From a virus, in IMG/VR virus record IMGVR_UViG_3300045825_000202, positions 31,793 to 95,792 of that record: 64,000 nucleotides of DNA. One strand, given 5' to 3'. The position numbers and the translations under genes are program-made. Positions 40,301 through 49,451 of the stretch are shown in pieces. Every line of letters starts with the position of its first letter. Within the stretch, counting starts at the first letter, position 1. The notes under the pieces were generated by a model. The model did not search any database, had not been told where the DNA came from, and saw nothing but the letters and a program-made list of their open reading frames with translations.

Positions 40301-41257
40301 CTAGTCAACTCTATGAGTCAGTCTAGGAATCACCTCACCACCCATTATAAGTGCTACAGTACATCCAATTTTTAAATCGAGCATTTCTATATACTTTGGA
40401 TTATTCAATGTCGCACGGGATACTAATTTATCACCAATATAGATTGGTTTAAGTATAGCGGTTGGTGTTACCTTGCCGCTGCGGCCTGTGGACCATTCAA
40501 CCCCTAGTAGTTCAGTCTCTACTGCTTCTTGCCGCGTCTTAAGAGCGTATGCTCCCCGAGGCGACTTAGCAGTATAACCTAACCTAGTAAAGGTAGTATT
40601 ATCATTAATACGAAAGACTGTACCATCACATTCAAAGGTACCATCCAAGCAAGGAACAAAGATAGTATTAAACCCTAATAGTTCTAGAACTAGCATATCA
40701 TCTACATATGTATTAGACTGATATGGAAATACCCCGTAAGCAAAGAAACTAATGTCACGTGTACAAAACTCACTAGAATCTTTTAGATTCAGTGCTCCAG
40801 ATGCGTAGTTGCGACTATTTTCAATATGCTTAGGGGCTACAATCTCGCCAGTAACCTGAACTGTTCCGAACTTTTTAATTTCTAAAGGTACTAGGTTTTT
40901 TCTAGCAATAAAGTGTGCAGTAATATCGCGACCTTCAATACCGTCGCCACGAGTAAGAACCTGAGTAAGTTTCCCATCTAGATAAAGGATAGAAATAGCT
41001 GCACCGTCTAGCTTTAGACTTTTAACTAAGGCATACTCTTGTATAGGTTCGTTACTTTCCCCGACGTAGTACTTCGAGAGAGAATACATCGGATATATGT
41101 GTTTACAAACATTTTCGTGTTGTTTGGCTCCGACTGAGGAATAGTTAATAGACTCAGCCAGATGATCAAACTCTTCATCGCTGATAGTAGGGCTTCCGTT
41201 ATAGTATTGAGTACTTTTTCCATCTAGGTATTCTCTAATATTCATTGTAAAAACCAT
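40301..41257 (-). CDS. ligA: NAD-dependent DNA ligase subunit A (adenylation + OB)
   Basis: YY.G.P.ISDEEFD, KLDG, TRGDG..G.DIT, RNYASG, SRATL.N. Confidence 0.93.
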   Translation of the reverse strand: MVFTMNIREYLDGKSTQYYNGSPTISDEEFDHLAESINYSSVGAKQHENVCKHIYPMYSLSKYYVGESNEPIQEYALVKSLKLDGAAISILYLDGKLTQVLTRGDGIEGRDITAHFIARKNLVPLEIKKFGTVQVTGEIVAPKHIENSRNYASGALNLKDSSEFCTRDISFFAYGVFPYQSNTYVDDMLVLELLGFNTIFVPCLDGTFECDGTVFRINDNTTFTRLGYTAKSPRGAYALKTRQEAVETELLGVEWSTGRSGKVTPTAILKPIYIGDKLVSRATLNNPKYIEMLDLKIGCTVALIMGGEVIPRLTHRVD

Positions 41258-42222
41258 TGTTTAATTGCTGTAGCCAGCGGACTACTACACTCTTTACTTG
41301 TAAAACCATTAGCAATCATAGTATCTGATTCTTCTTTATAGATATCAGACATAACCCATTTTAGAAAATCTCCAGTGTATTTTGGTTCACGAGCAGTAAC
41401 ATGTTCCAAACCTTGTTCTAGTCTAGATGTAGTTACTACAGACGCTACAAATTCACGAATACTCTCAATCTTTTCTACATCTACTGGAGCTAACGTCTTT
41501 ACTTTAGATGACGAGTGCTTTTCACCTTTAACTTTAAAGCGAAGCGTATTACTGTTATATACAGTAGTCCAGACAATACCTTCACCTACTAGTGGATGTG
41601 GAAAGTCTTTACCTAGGATCTGTCGTGAAACTGGGCAATCTTGTTCTACTTCAGCGGTTTTAGCGATTAGAGCGGATTGTGCGACCTCGGGTCGGGCAAA
41701 GTCAATATCTAGTGTAAATGTAGGGAAGTCATATATCGTTGGAATAATACCATCACATACGTCGTATACGTCTAGATGGCTAAAGAATACTGTAGACTCA
41801 GCATTTTCACTGACACGAATAGCAAAAACAATAAACTGCTTAGGAATAAAGTTTAACCCTACACCTTTTTGAATATTGCCACCACACCATTCACCAAAGA
41901 TTTGAATAGTATCTCTAATTCCTACTTTATAGTGAAAGCAGATCCTATCAAATACTTGTTGAAATAGACCCGCATTTTGTATTGTCCAAACATGAGAACC
42001 TGCGTTATCTGATTCAAATGTAGTAATACGTTCACGGCTTTGCGTATAAATTTCCCCGCTAGGAGCACGGCAAATTCCATGATTAGTACCATGAAGTTTT
42101 ACTGTTCCAGTAAAGGTAAGAGTAGGTAGCGGTACACCATGATACGAACAATTATACTTAATGTGCTTAATAACACTTCTGAATTGTTCAATTGAAGGAA
42201 ATGCGATATGTTGTTTGTTCAT
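41242..42222 (-). CDS. RNA ligase, Rnl2 family
   Basis: KLHGTN motif I, FGEWCG..IQKGV, GEGIVW, FKVKGEKH. Confidence 0.85.
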   Translation of the reverse strand: MNKQHIAFPSIEQFRSVIKHIKYNCSYHGVPLPTLTFTGTVKLHGTNHGICRAPSGEIYTQSRERITTFESDNAGSHVWTIQNAGLFQQVFDRICFHYKVGIRDTIQIFGEWCGGNIQKGVGLNFIPKQFIVFAIRVSENAESTVFFSHLDVYDVCDGIIPTIYDFPTFTLDIDFARPEVAQSALIAKTAEVEQDCPVSRQILGKDFPHPLVGEGIVWTTVYNSNTLRFKVKGEKHSSSKVKTLAPVDVEKIESIREFVASVVTTSRLEQGLEHVTAREPKYTGDFLKWVMSDIYKEESDTMIANGFTSKECSSPLATAIKQWFLQ

Positions 42223-42229
42223 AGTGTAT

Positions 42230-42258
42230 ATTATACTCTAAACTAGAGGCTTTTGCAA
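42230..42258 (-). promoter_or_regulatory. Promoter giving a probably leaderless RNA ligase mRNA
   Basis: TTGCAA-N17-TATAAT, 7 nt before the ATG, no SD. Confidence 0.65.
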
Positions 42259-42540
42259 GTCTATGATTCTGGTACTGAAATGCGTGCTAAAGGCTTCAAT
42301 AGCTTCTTCCTTAGATACAATTTCTAGAAGGCCATCTAAAAGTGCATAAATATTGTCTATGCCTACTTCCATACTGATACCCTCGCGAGAGGCTTGATAC
42401 GTACCTTCGTAGTCTAGGAAGTACTTTCTAATATGTAGGTAGTTAATTCCGCGAAATTCGTTTACTACTAGTCGTAACTGATACGCTTTAGCTTCGTGAG
42501 TAAATATAACCTTCTCATAAAGTTCAGATTCTTCAGTCAT
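42238..42540 (-). CDS. PC4/p15-like ssDNA-binding protein
   Basis: LVVNEFRG..YLHIRKYF.D..G.Y...REGISM. Confidence 0.78.
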   Translation of the reverse strand: MTEESELYEKVIFTHEAKAYQLRLVVNEFRGINYLHIRKYFLDYEGTYQASREGISMEVGIDNIYALLDGLLEIVSKEEAIEAFSTHFSTRIIDLQKPLV

Positions 42541-42651
42541 TTGTATACATCTTATGGTAAAAGTTATTTAATAGACCCAATGCTTTTTCAGAATTACGAT
42601 TATATCGTTCTTGTTTAATTAGAATAAAGTCTAACTCGTCAAGCTCATTAA

Positions 42652-42903
42652 TCACCATAAATCCTCTGAAAATAGTTCGGGTACTTGGAAGTACCGACGG
42701 CCTACCCTACTCTTTAATGTTCCAGTATTTATAGCTATCTGCATTGCCTCAGTACGACTGTAGAATTTACCATTAATATCTGTAAATCCTTCTTCATATG
42801 GAAAAGTAATAGCATTGAACCTATGTAGTATACTATCGTGCCTATTAGGTTTAGGCATAGAGTATATGTAACCATTACATTTTATAGCTACATGCGTAAT
42901 CAT
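42652..42903 (-). CDS. Hypothetical protein
   Basis: RH..GF.D..G.FY.R.EA..IA..LFSEDLW pattern recurrent in phages. Confidence 0.7.
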   Translation of the reverse strand: MITHVAIKCNGYIYSMPKPNRHDSILHRFNAITFPYEEGFTDINGKFYSRTEAMQIAINTGTLKSRVGRRYFQVPELFSEDLW

Positions 42904-43520
42904 ACCCTAACCCCCAGTTTACGTAAATGTTCAAGAGAAGCAAGCTCATATGCTTCCTGGTACGCTGACTGCGACCAGCGCTCTGCTAATAGGTAAATTC
43001 TATAAATCCACCCATACTTTTCAGTTTCCTGTTCGCTATCAATTCTAGCGAGACTATCATATCGTGCGGAATAGACAAGTTCCCCAACTGTGAAGCGATC
43101 ACGCGTAGCTCCATCAGGTATAAGTTCGGGTCTGAAATAGTCGTGGCTAGATTGCCGAATTGGGACAGCATTGTCTTCAAGGACTCTTTTGATGAATCCA
43201 CTTGGTCTAAATGTAGAGTTACTGATTGAGTCAATTGTTGCTCCTTCAAGATATTCTCCAATTATATAAATTGTTTCATCTGGAGTTACAGGTTTACCAC
43301 GAAGCTCAGTACGACGCTTAACTTCATAAACCTGACGTTCTTTATACTTTTCAATAAGAGCAGCAAGTCTTGTAACATTGTAGGAGATACCTAGTACTTG
43401 GCAGCAGTCTTTTTTGCTGCTCGCTTTAGTACCTTCGGCTGGTTCAAGCATAGCAATAACGCGCTCTATATGAGCATCGTCAAGCCGTTCGTTCTCATTT
43501 TTTACGCGTTTAGTTGCCAT
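42900..43520 (-). CDS. T5 D2-like DNA-binding protein
   Basis: KK.CC..LGISYN.TRL, YLEG..I..IS...FR, GE.VYSARY; T5 gene order. Confidence 0.65.
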   Translation of the reverse strand: MATKRVKNENERLDDAHIERVIAMLEPAEGTKASSKKDCCQVLGISYNVTRLAALIEKYKERQVYEVKRRTELRGKPVTPDETIYIIGEYLEGATIDSISNSTFRPSGFIKRVLEDNAVPIRQSSHDYFRPELIPDGATRDRFTVGELVYSARYDSLARIDSEQETEKYGWIYRIYLLAERWSQSAYQEAYELASLEHLRKLGVRV

Positions 43521-43524
43521 TTAG

Positions 43525-43758
43525 TTAACCCGCATTAAAAGAAGCTAAAATAATACCTGCTTCTGTTCCTAGAACTGCTTCACCAATGTATTCTACTTTA
43601 ACGGCATCAGGAGTACTTGCCCAACTTGTCCACCTACGACCCCATTCACCGTTTGGATTAATAAGTTGTGCTTCTTCCTCAGTTTTTGCAGCAACAACTA
43701 CTGAATCATGTGTATCATACCCGCAATGTTCTACTTGGGTTAATAGCCAAAGTCTCAT
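43525..43758 (-). CDS. Hypothetical protein
   Basis: GYDT.DS.VVAA..EEEA..ILASFNAG pattern; AAGGA RBS. Confidence 0.7.
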   Translation of the reverse strand: MRLWLLTQVEHCGYDTHDSVVVAAKTEEEAQLINPNGEWGRRWTSWASTPDAVKVEYIGEAVLGTEAGIILASFNAG

Positions 43759-43813
43759 ATTATTTCCTTTAAAGATATATTATATCCTATAAATAGACGG
43801 AAAACAAGTCTAT

Positions 43814-44068
43814 TTAATCATATCTAAGAAAGGTTTTCAACTGATCAAATCCACCAATAATAGTATTACCTTCTACAATTAAAGGTACTGACTTAACTTT
43901 AGGAAACTTAGTCTTAAATTGAGTAAGTGGTATGTATGTTTTACCCTCTTCTTGCTTCTGCCCTACATTAAGAGTTACTTCCTGATAGGTATGTCCTTTA
44001 GACTTAATAAGGGACTTTGCCTGTTCGCAAAAAGTGCAACTAGGCTGTGTGTAAACTGTGAATAGCAT
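43814..44068 (-). CDS. Glutaredoxin
   Basis: CTFC, SVP.I, IGGFDQL. Confidence 0.9.
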   Translation of the reverse strand: MLFTVYTQPSCTFCEQAKSLIKSKGHTYQEVTLNVGQKQEEGKTYIPLTQFKTKFPKVKSVPLIVEGNTIIGGFDQLKTFLRYD

Positions 44069-44082
44069 ATGAAATTATTGGG

Positions 44083-44307
44083 TTAGACGCGGGGAGAAAT
44101 TGGGTCGTAGTACTGGGCGTTAGGACCACATGAAGTAGTATCTGTAGATTCACGCATTGCTTTACAACTATACCAAACAATATATCCAAATACTATATTA
44201 GTGGTAGTAGCTGAGGTTGGATGAGAACATTTAGCAACACTAAGTGCAGCAATAGGGGCTCTAAAGTAATTACAGTCTTTACAAAGTTTCATTTTTGTTC
44301 CATGCAA
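44083..44307 (-). CDS. Small Cys-rich hypothetical protein
   Basis: CKDC..C..C..MR..CGP motif. Confidence 0.6.
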   Translation of the reverse strand: MHGTKMKLCKDCNYFRAPIAALSVAKCSHPTSATTTNIVFGYIVWYSCKAMRESTDTTSCGPNAQYYDPISPRV

Positions 44308-44331
44308 AAAGGCAGCCTAGGCTGCCTTTGT

Positions 44332-44691
44332 TTAAGAAAATACGCTAACCAGGTAGCTTGCAAGCTTTCCAGTTAATTTCGATAGAATCTCATCGTCGGC
44401 TTCTTTACCCTTAGACTCAATAAGTTCCTTAAGTTCAGCGATCTGAGATTCCTTAGAAACTCGTGGAGCCTTATCACCAGTACCCTTAGCACCCGACTTT
44501 GTAGTCGTAGTTGCTGCGCCTTTCTTGACGTAAACCTTAGCCTGACTAAGTACTTGACGTACTCCATTAGCAGACATTTCAAGATCATCAGCAATTTCTT
44601 TTACCAATTCAACAGAATTCTCTTCTGTAGGTCCGCCCGCCATATACGTATCAATTGCTTGCTTCTTCAATTCTTCGGTCCAAGTTGCCAT
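44332..44691 (-). CDS. T5 D3-like DNA-binding protein
   Basis: W..E.K..AI..Y..ENS.E.VKEIA..NGVR.VLS.A.VYVKK..RVSK..ILSKLTGK. Confidence 0.7.
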   Translation of the reverse strand: MATWTEELKKQAIDTYMAGGPTEENSVELVKEIADDLEMSANGVRQVLSQAKVYVKKGAATTTTKSGAKGTGDKAPRVSKESQIAELKELIESKGKEADDEILSKLTGKLASYLVSVFS

Positions 44692-44760
44692 TTAATTTCC
44701 TATTTGTTGTTTAAAGATTAATTATACAATATTTTCATTGATAATTCAAGTATATATTCT

Positions 44761-44836
44761 TGGTGCTCCAGTCCGGTACTGCCCCGACTTCGCCTGCTTA
44801 CAAGACAGGACATCATCTATTAAATGTTTCAAGAGC
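44761..44836 (-). tRNA. tRNA-Thr(UGU)
   Basis: Cloverleaf, anticodon loop CUUGUAA, encoded CCA; non-canonical T loop. Confidence 0.8.
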
Positions 44837-44928
44837 AAAGACTAGGTTTTTATGCAGAACCCTGTCATAAACTGTGTATATGCGTAAACTATCAGTTTAC
44901 CTAAGTAGATCACTATCCACAAACAATA

Positions 44929-45201
44929 CTAAACCATCTCCATAATCACTTCAGACATTTTATCTGCATTAAAGCAGCGATAGTGGTTTTCAACATCAAA
45001 GTCAAAGTTAAGTTGGTTAACTTTAGCTAGGTATTCATCACGAAGTTTGCCCAGTGCTTGAACGTACATAACCTGATCTTCAGCGCCAAGTTCAGTAATA
45101 TCTGTACCTTCGTAATTAGTAGAGGGCTTGACTACTGGTGAAAGCACCCGTTCAGATACGGAACCATTAGCCTTAGTATATTTGAATGTAATGATGTTCA
45201 T
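44929..45201 (-). CDS. Hypothetical protein (WYL-like N-terminus)
   Basis: ITFKYTK.NG.VSER..YR.F; own promoter cassette. Confidence 0.7.
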   Translation of the reverse strand: MNIITFKYTKANGSVSERVLSPVVKPSTNYEGTDITELGAEDQVMYVQALGKLRDEYLAKVNQLNFDFDVENHYRCFNADKMSEVIMEMV

Positions 45202-45254
45202 GATATTTTCTCTGTTTAAGCGTTAATTATACAGGGATTTATCAAACTAATCAA
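45202..45254 (-). promoter_or_regulatory. Repeated early promoter + leader cassette (variant copy)
   Basis: TTGATT-N17-TATAAT-TAACGCTTAAACAGAGAA. Confidence 0.75.
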
Positions 45255-45264
45255 GTCTAAAATT

Positions 45265-45516
45265 TTATTCCTTAGGGTATAGCCCGTTATATAGTGCAAC
45301 ACGGAAACGTTCACCAAAAGAGGGTACAATACAGCTAAGAAATACTAATGGGGCAATAATAGTATTGAGTACTACAAATACTGGGTATAGAATATATAGC
45401 TGTAGAGTAGGTAAGTTCTCAGTTTTACGAAGTGAAATAACTGGTATCACTAACTCATAGATAGAAGTTAGTGATGTAGTTACCGCAAATAGTACGTATA
45501 ATAGAAATACTTCCAT
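45265..45516 (-). CDS. Small two-TM membrane protein
   Basis: Two hydrophobic stretches. Confidence 0.6.
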   Translation of the reverse strand: MEVFLLYVLFAVTTSLTSIYELVIPVISLRKTENLPTLQLYILYPVFVVLNTIIAPLVFLSCIVPSFGERFRVALYNGLYPKE

Positions 45517-45908
45517 TAACTATGGAAACTATTAATATTAGCACGATTTAAGATAGAAAACATGCTCTTATCACGACCTACTGGCATAACAAAGGTGTTT
45601 TCTTTCCTAGACGTATGCATAACTTCTTGAGCGGTTTTATCGTTTGAACTCATAATCTGACGGTCAAACTTACCACAGAATAACTTAAATAGTTTTGCTG
45701 TATGAATCCAGGTATGTGACCATTCATTAGTCTTTGGAGTCTTACGCCGATAAACCATACTTTTCATAGCCGATTTAATCTGTTCGTTATTTGGCTGTTC
45801 TTTTAGAACGCGCTCAAGTTTACGTTTACGATTAGTTTCCCAGCGTTTTGAACTCTTATATTGTGCAGAGTTATTTTCTGCAGTCTTGCTACGACCCTTG
45901 CTTGCCAT
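45516..45908 (-). CDS. Basic hypothetical protein
   Basis: Lys/Arg-rich, coupled ORF. Confidence 0.65.
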   Translation of the reverse strand: MASKGRSKTAENNSAQYKSSKRWETNRKRKLERVLKEQPNNEQIKSAMKSMVYRRKTPKTNEWSHTWIHTAKLFKLFCGKFDRQIMSSNDKTAQEVMHTSRKENTFVMPVGRDKSMFSILNRANINSFHS

Positions 45909-46135
45909 CGATATTCCTTTGAATTAAAAGTGCTTTCCCTAAAATAGAGGGGAAGGTTACTTCTTGCAGTTTAATTAATTTTACCTTAGCTAAGTCTAGT
46001 AATAGTATAACTACTAGACTATTACTTACTGATTTATACCCACACTTTAACATTACCATAGTTAAATCGTCTAGTAGAGCAACGTCTAAAAGAGATTCAG
46101 AGTATGGAATTAGTTCTAGTAATCCAGGTATTGGA

Positions 46136-46414
46136 TTAGAAAGGTTCTGAGCCTTCAATAAGGCGATTGTAGAGGAAGGCATTTGCACTTTCAGTATTTT
46201 TGTAGAAACTATTAATACGAGATAGCATCTGAATAAGCGTATCTAGTTCAGTTACATCAAATGGAACCATACGTCCAATTGTGTCAGTAAGCCGGACGGT
46301 TTCACCGTCAAATTCTACTTCATAGTTATAGAGGCTCCCTTCAGATGATTCAAATAGATCAAGGTCTCCACTTTCAAGTTGGTCTTCGCTGGCTCGTGCA
46401 ATGTAAAATTTCAT
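46136..46414 (-). CDS. Acidic hypothetical protein
   Basis: 92-aa ORF downstream of a tRNA. Confidence 0.65.
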   Translation of the reverse strand: MKFYIARASEDQLESGDLDLFESSEGSLYNYEVEFDGETVRLTDTIGRMVPFDVTELDTLIQMLSRINSFYKNTESANAFLYNRLIEGSEPF

Positions 46415-46435
46415 TTATAGTCTTTCTTGGTTAGT

Positions 46436-46512
46436 TGGTGGGTTCAGTTGGATTCTAACCAACGATCAAGGCATTATGAGTACCCTGCTTTAGGACACTA
46501 AGCTATGAACCC
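46436..46512 (-). tRNA. tRNA-CAU (Ile2-like or Met)
   Basis: Anticodon loop CUCAUAA, CCA; body resembles bacterial Ile2. Confidence 0.8.
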
Positions 46513-46566
46513 TAATTGGTTACTACTTATTTCCAGATTTAATTATAGCAAATTTAAGAAGCGGAT

Positions 46567-47115
46567 TCAAGTCTGAATTTTTACTAGTGTACTTACTTCT
46601 TCTAGGGATACTGGAGTATAATCTATTAAGCACTCTACGCTAACATTAGTATACCTAGTATCTGGTACTAGGGTATCGCCTAATGTTACTACGTTACTAT
46701 GTAAATGGCCGTGTATGCATCCTTTCCATCTAGATAAACTATTTGGGTGGATAGGAATATGACTAAGAATAAATCCGTTTAGCTGATGGACTGCTCTAAT
46801 ATCCTTAAAATACTTTAGATATTCACTTGCCTTATCTAGATCATGGTTACCTTTGATAAGAATCTTTTCCCCGTTCATTCTACTAAGAATAGGTAAAAAC
46901 TTCTTATTCATGGCAATATCGCCTAAACAGTACCACTTATCTGATGGTTGTACTACACGATTATGTTGCATAATAATATATTCGTTCATATGCGTAACGT
47001 CTTCAAAGACGCGTAAGGAAGTAACCCCGTCACTACGCTTAAAATTAAGGATTGCTGCGTGACCTAAATGTAAGTCACTTGATAGAAATATATTAGACAT
47101 AATAAAAATAGCCAC
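46567..47115 (-). CDS. Calcineurin-like metallophosphoesterase
   Basis: SDLHLGH, LGD, GNHD, SHIP, HGHLH. Confidence 0.9.
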   Translation of the reverse strand: MAIFIMSNIFLSSDLHLGHAAILNFKRSDGVTSLRVFEDVTHMNEYIIMQHNRVVQPSDKWYCLGDIAMNKKFLPILSRMNGEKILIKGNHDLDKASEYLKYFKDIRAVHQLNGFILSHIPIHPNSLSRWKGCIHGHLHSNVVTLGDTLVPDTRYTNVSVECLIDYTPVSLEEVSTLVKIQT

Positions 47116-47217
47116 TCAAGGTGGCTTATATAAGTTGTAGGCCGGTGAGGTATCCACAGTATCTCAAGTACTGTTTCCCATTCTCCGTTTACTTTCCTTA
47201 CCTACGTGCTAGCAATA

Positions 47218-47292
47218 TGGCAATGCATTGAGGGACTAGAACTCTAGTAAGTGGATAGACAATCGCAGTAATAACCTCTATACGAACGCACT
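47218..47292 (-). tRNA. Degenerate tRNA-Asp(GUC)
   Basis: Loop UUGUCUA, GCCA end; mismatched anticodon and T stems. Confidence 0.5.
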
Positions 47293-47359
47293 ATTGGTTT
47301 AGTACTTATTTATACCTGCTATACGTATTCACAGGTATAAATAAGTACTAAACCAATAG
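47291..47359. repeat. 28-bp perfect inverted repeat, 13-nt loop
   Basis: ctattggtttagtacttatttatacctg / caggtataaataagtactaaaccaatag. Confidence 0.92.
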
Positions 47360-47529
47360 CCCTAGTTGCAACTAGGTATCTATTTCGACGATGGTGATGT
47401 GGCACCCACAATACATATTCGTCCAGGGGTTTCGATATGTGTTCTTTTAACTAAAGTGTTTTACTGGGATAAACTAAACGGTGATATAACCGCTATGAGA
47501 ATTGAACTCATGTTTATTTAGTTAAAATA

Positions 47530-47636
47530 TGAAGCAGGTTGATAGATTCGAACTACCGATTAGGATACTACTAAGTGGACGCCTCACTACTGTAGTTTGC
47601 GAAACTTTTCCTCAGTCGCTCTCGCCTTAAACCTGC
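47530..47636 (-). ncRNA. tRNA-like RNA with acceptor stem and T arm but a branched core
   Basis: GCAGGUU/AACCUGC; GGUAG-UUCGAAU-CUAUC; no canonical anticodon arm. Confidence 0.6.
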
Positions 47637-47643
47637 GTAATTT

Positions 47644-47720
47644 TGGTGGACCCTAACCGACTTGAACGGTTGACATACGCCACGTAAAGACGTCGCTCTA
47701 ACCAACTGAGCTAAGGGTCT
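47644..47720 (-). tRNA. tRNA-Val(UAC)
   Basis: Cloverleaf, loop UUUACGU, CCA. Confidence 0.85.
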
Positions 47721-47727
47721 ATTTATT

Positions 47728-47801
47728 TGGAGCATCTTATCAGAATCGGACTGATGATACCTACTTGGAAGGAAGGTGTTTTACCATTAAACTAAAGATG
47801 C
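47728..47801 (-). tRNA. tRNA-Gly(UCC)
   Basis: Loop CUUCCAA, U73, CCA. Confidence 0.85.
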
Positions 47802-47802
47802 A

Positions 47803-48415
47803 TTACTCTACTATATACCTATTACCTTTGCATATATTATCATAAGCAGATAGGTACTGTAAATTACTTATAACATGAAGCCCTGATACTTTTATACCTC
47901 TTAATGGTATAATATGATCTACGTGGTAGCCTTTAGGGCATAAGTTATAAAAATTGGATATAGCTAAGGACTCCGACCATTTAGGGGTTCTTTTTGCTAT
48001 ATGTATCTTATCTTGTGTATTGCGTAAGTTCTTACATACTGCACATTCACTCTCTAATCCATCTACTATACATTTATTATTATGAAATTCTGAGAAAGCT
48101 TTTATAGTCTTACAAGTATTACAGTACTTGTATTGTATTGTAGATAATAAGGTTAATCTCCAAGATGGGTGACTAGAAGTACTGTTAGCGAATGTGCAGC
48201 TCCTATCAGGAAAAATCGGTATTAGTATTTGTTTTATAGACTGTTTTATAGGATTGTCTGTATATTCTAGTTTAGTAGCAGCCTCAGTTATTGAGCTAGT
48301 TGATATTAAAGCTCTTATTAAATCTAGTACTGTATACCCAGACAGTCCTCTAATTTTCTTTTTTTAAGATTTGAGAAGGGCTTAGTCCTAATTTATGACT
48401 TATTAATAATTCCAT
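47803..48415 (-). pseudogene. HNH endonuclease frameshifted at an A7 run (not in the ORF track)
   Basis: C-terminal RTPKW..YHVDHIIPLRG..VSGLHV..NLQYL...N..KGN; span is 613 nt (3n+1); removing one A at 48359-48365 joins the ATG (GGAG RBS) to this frame. Confidence 0.78.
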
Positions 48416-48513
48416 TATTACTCCTATTATTGTATACGTATAATTATACACTAATAGACTCGAAACTACAAGTACAAAATTCTAGATCTAAAAATACCAA
48501 TCCCGCATTATTC

Positions 48514-48738
48514 TTACCGCCTCATCTGGGCAGTTTCTGTAGCCGCTGCAACTGAAAATACTGGTTGCAAGCAACTTTTGTGGATGATAGCAATACCAAC
48601 CATTTCTATTCCTGTATATTGCATTACTTCTTTCAAAGCTGTAGAACCGCCAGGGGTTGATAGACTAGGAGGTCTAGTAGTAACTCGTGAGGTTCCCATC
48701 TTTGGGTTAACATTACCAATATTAAAGACTTTTTTCAT
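48514..48738 (-). CDS. Hypothetical protein
   Basis: YTG....GIA..HKS.L.PVF..A.MRR pattern recurrent in phages. Confidence 0.7.
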   Translation of the reverse strand: MKKVFNIGNVNPKMGTSRVTTRPPSLSTPGGSTALKEVMQYTGIEMVGIAIIHKSCLQPVFSVAAATETAQMRR

Positions 48739-48892
48739 ATGTATCTAGTACGCTTTTAAAGTGGTCTTCGAACTTCTTACGATTAACTTTAGCCTCTTTA
48801 TCGTCTTTAGAAGATTTCCAGATAAGGAATAATTCTAAAGCCTTAGAGCCTTTAACTAACCTATGTTGCTTATATATGGTTTCTGTTTTCAT
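48722..48892 (-). CDS. Small basic protein (56 aa), probably leaderless
   Basis: MKTETIYKQHRLVKGSKALEL..; ATG 6 nt after TATAAT of TTGATT-N17-TATAAT. Confidence 0.55.
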   Translation of the reverse strand: MKTETIYKQHRLVKGSKALELFLIWKSSKDDKEAKVNRKKFEDHFKSVLDTYEKSL

Positions 48893-48939
48893 AGAATAAT
48901 TATAACAAGTTTAAGCGAGATAATCAAGTGCGAATTTAG

Positions 48940-49013
48940 TGGTGTGACAACGGGTTTCTATCCCTATCTGTCGCTTTCACAGAGCGAAGTGCTAACATTA
49001 CACTATTGTCACC
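48940..49013 (-). tRNA. tRNA-His(GUG), atypical T arm
   Basis: Loop CUGUGAA, G-1 present, CCA. Confidence 0.7.
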
Positions 49014-49016
49014 ATA

Positions 49017-49304
49017 TCAAAAGGGCACGTCATCCGTCCAACTATCGTCAAATGTATAACTAATAGGTTTATATGATTCTACGGGTTTTTCTGGAGGTTC
49101 CCAGTTCTTATACCCAGCTATCTCTTTAATAGTTTCTAAAACTATATCCTGATATTTTACGATACCCTGCTTATCTAGGAAGATTAGGTATTCATAATGC
49201 TCTTCTATAATGTCGCAAACTCGACAACCCTTTAGCTTGCCAAAGCTCAATATGTCGGTTAGCGCAAGTTTAGGGTCTTTTAGTTGTTTAAAGTTAATTG
49301 CCAT
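49017..49304 (-). CDS. Hypothetical protein (ExoX C-terminal/DUF3820-like FGK domain)
   Basis: L.FGKLKG..V.DI.....EYL; acidic tail ending DDVPF. Confidence 0.65.
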   Translation of the reverse strand: MAINFKQLKDPKLALTDILSFGKLKGCRVCDIIEEHYEYLIFLDKQGIVKYQDIVLETIKEIAGYKNWEPPEKPVESYKPISYTFDDSWTDDVPF

Positions 49305-49378
49305 ATATAAACGTAGTGCTCTCCAGTAACCCTAGCGAAGTCGCGACTATCTATCCTCTTACTACGTTTATATATGGC
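49300..49378 (-). ncRNA. Stem-closed element A (18-bp perfect closing stem)
   Basis: gccatatataaacgtagt / actacgtttatatatggc. Confidence 0.6.
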
Positions 49379-49451
49379 CTATCCCAAAGGGCTCAAACCT
49401 TCAGTCTCTTCGTTCGTAGCGAAGTGCATTATTCAGTTATGCTAAAGAGAG
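49375..49451 (-). tRNA. tRNA-Arg(ACG)
   Basis: cttcg-CUACGAA-cgaag, GCCA end; weak acceptor stem. Confidence 0.72.

Noticed and set aside
39472-41257. Split NAD-dependent ligase as a novelty or pseudogene
   Set aside because: A two-gene ligase is the known T5-like arrangement.
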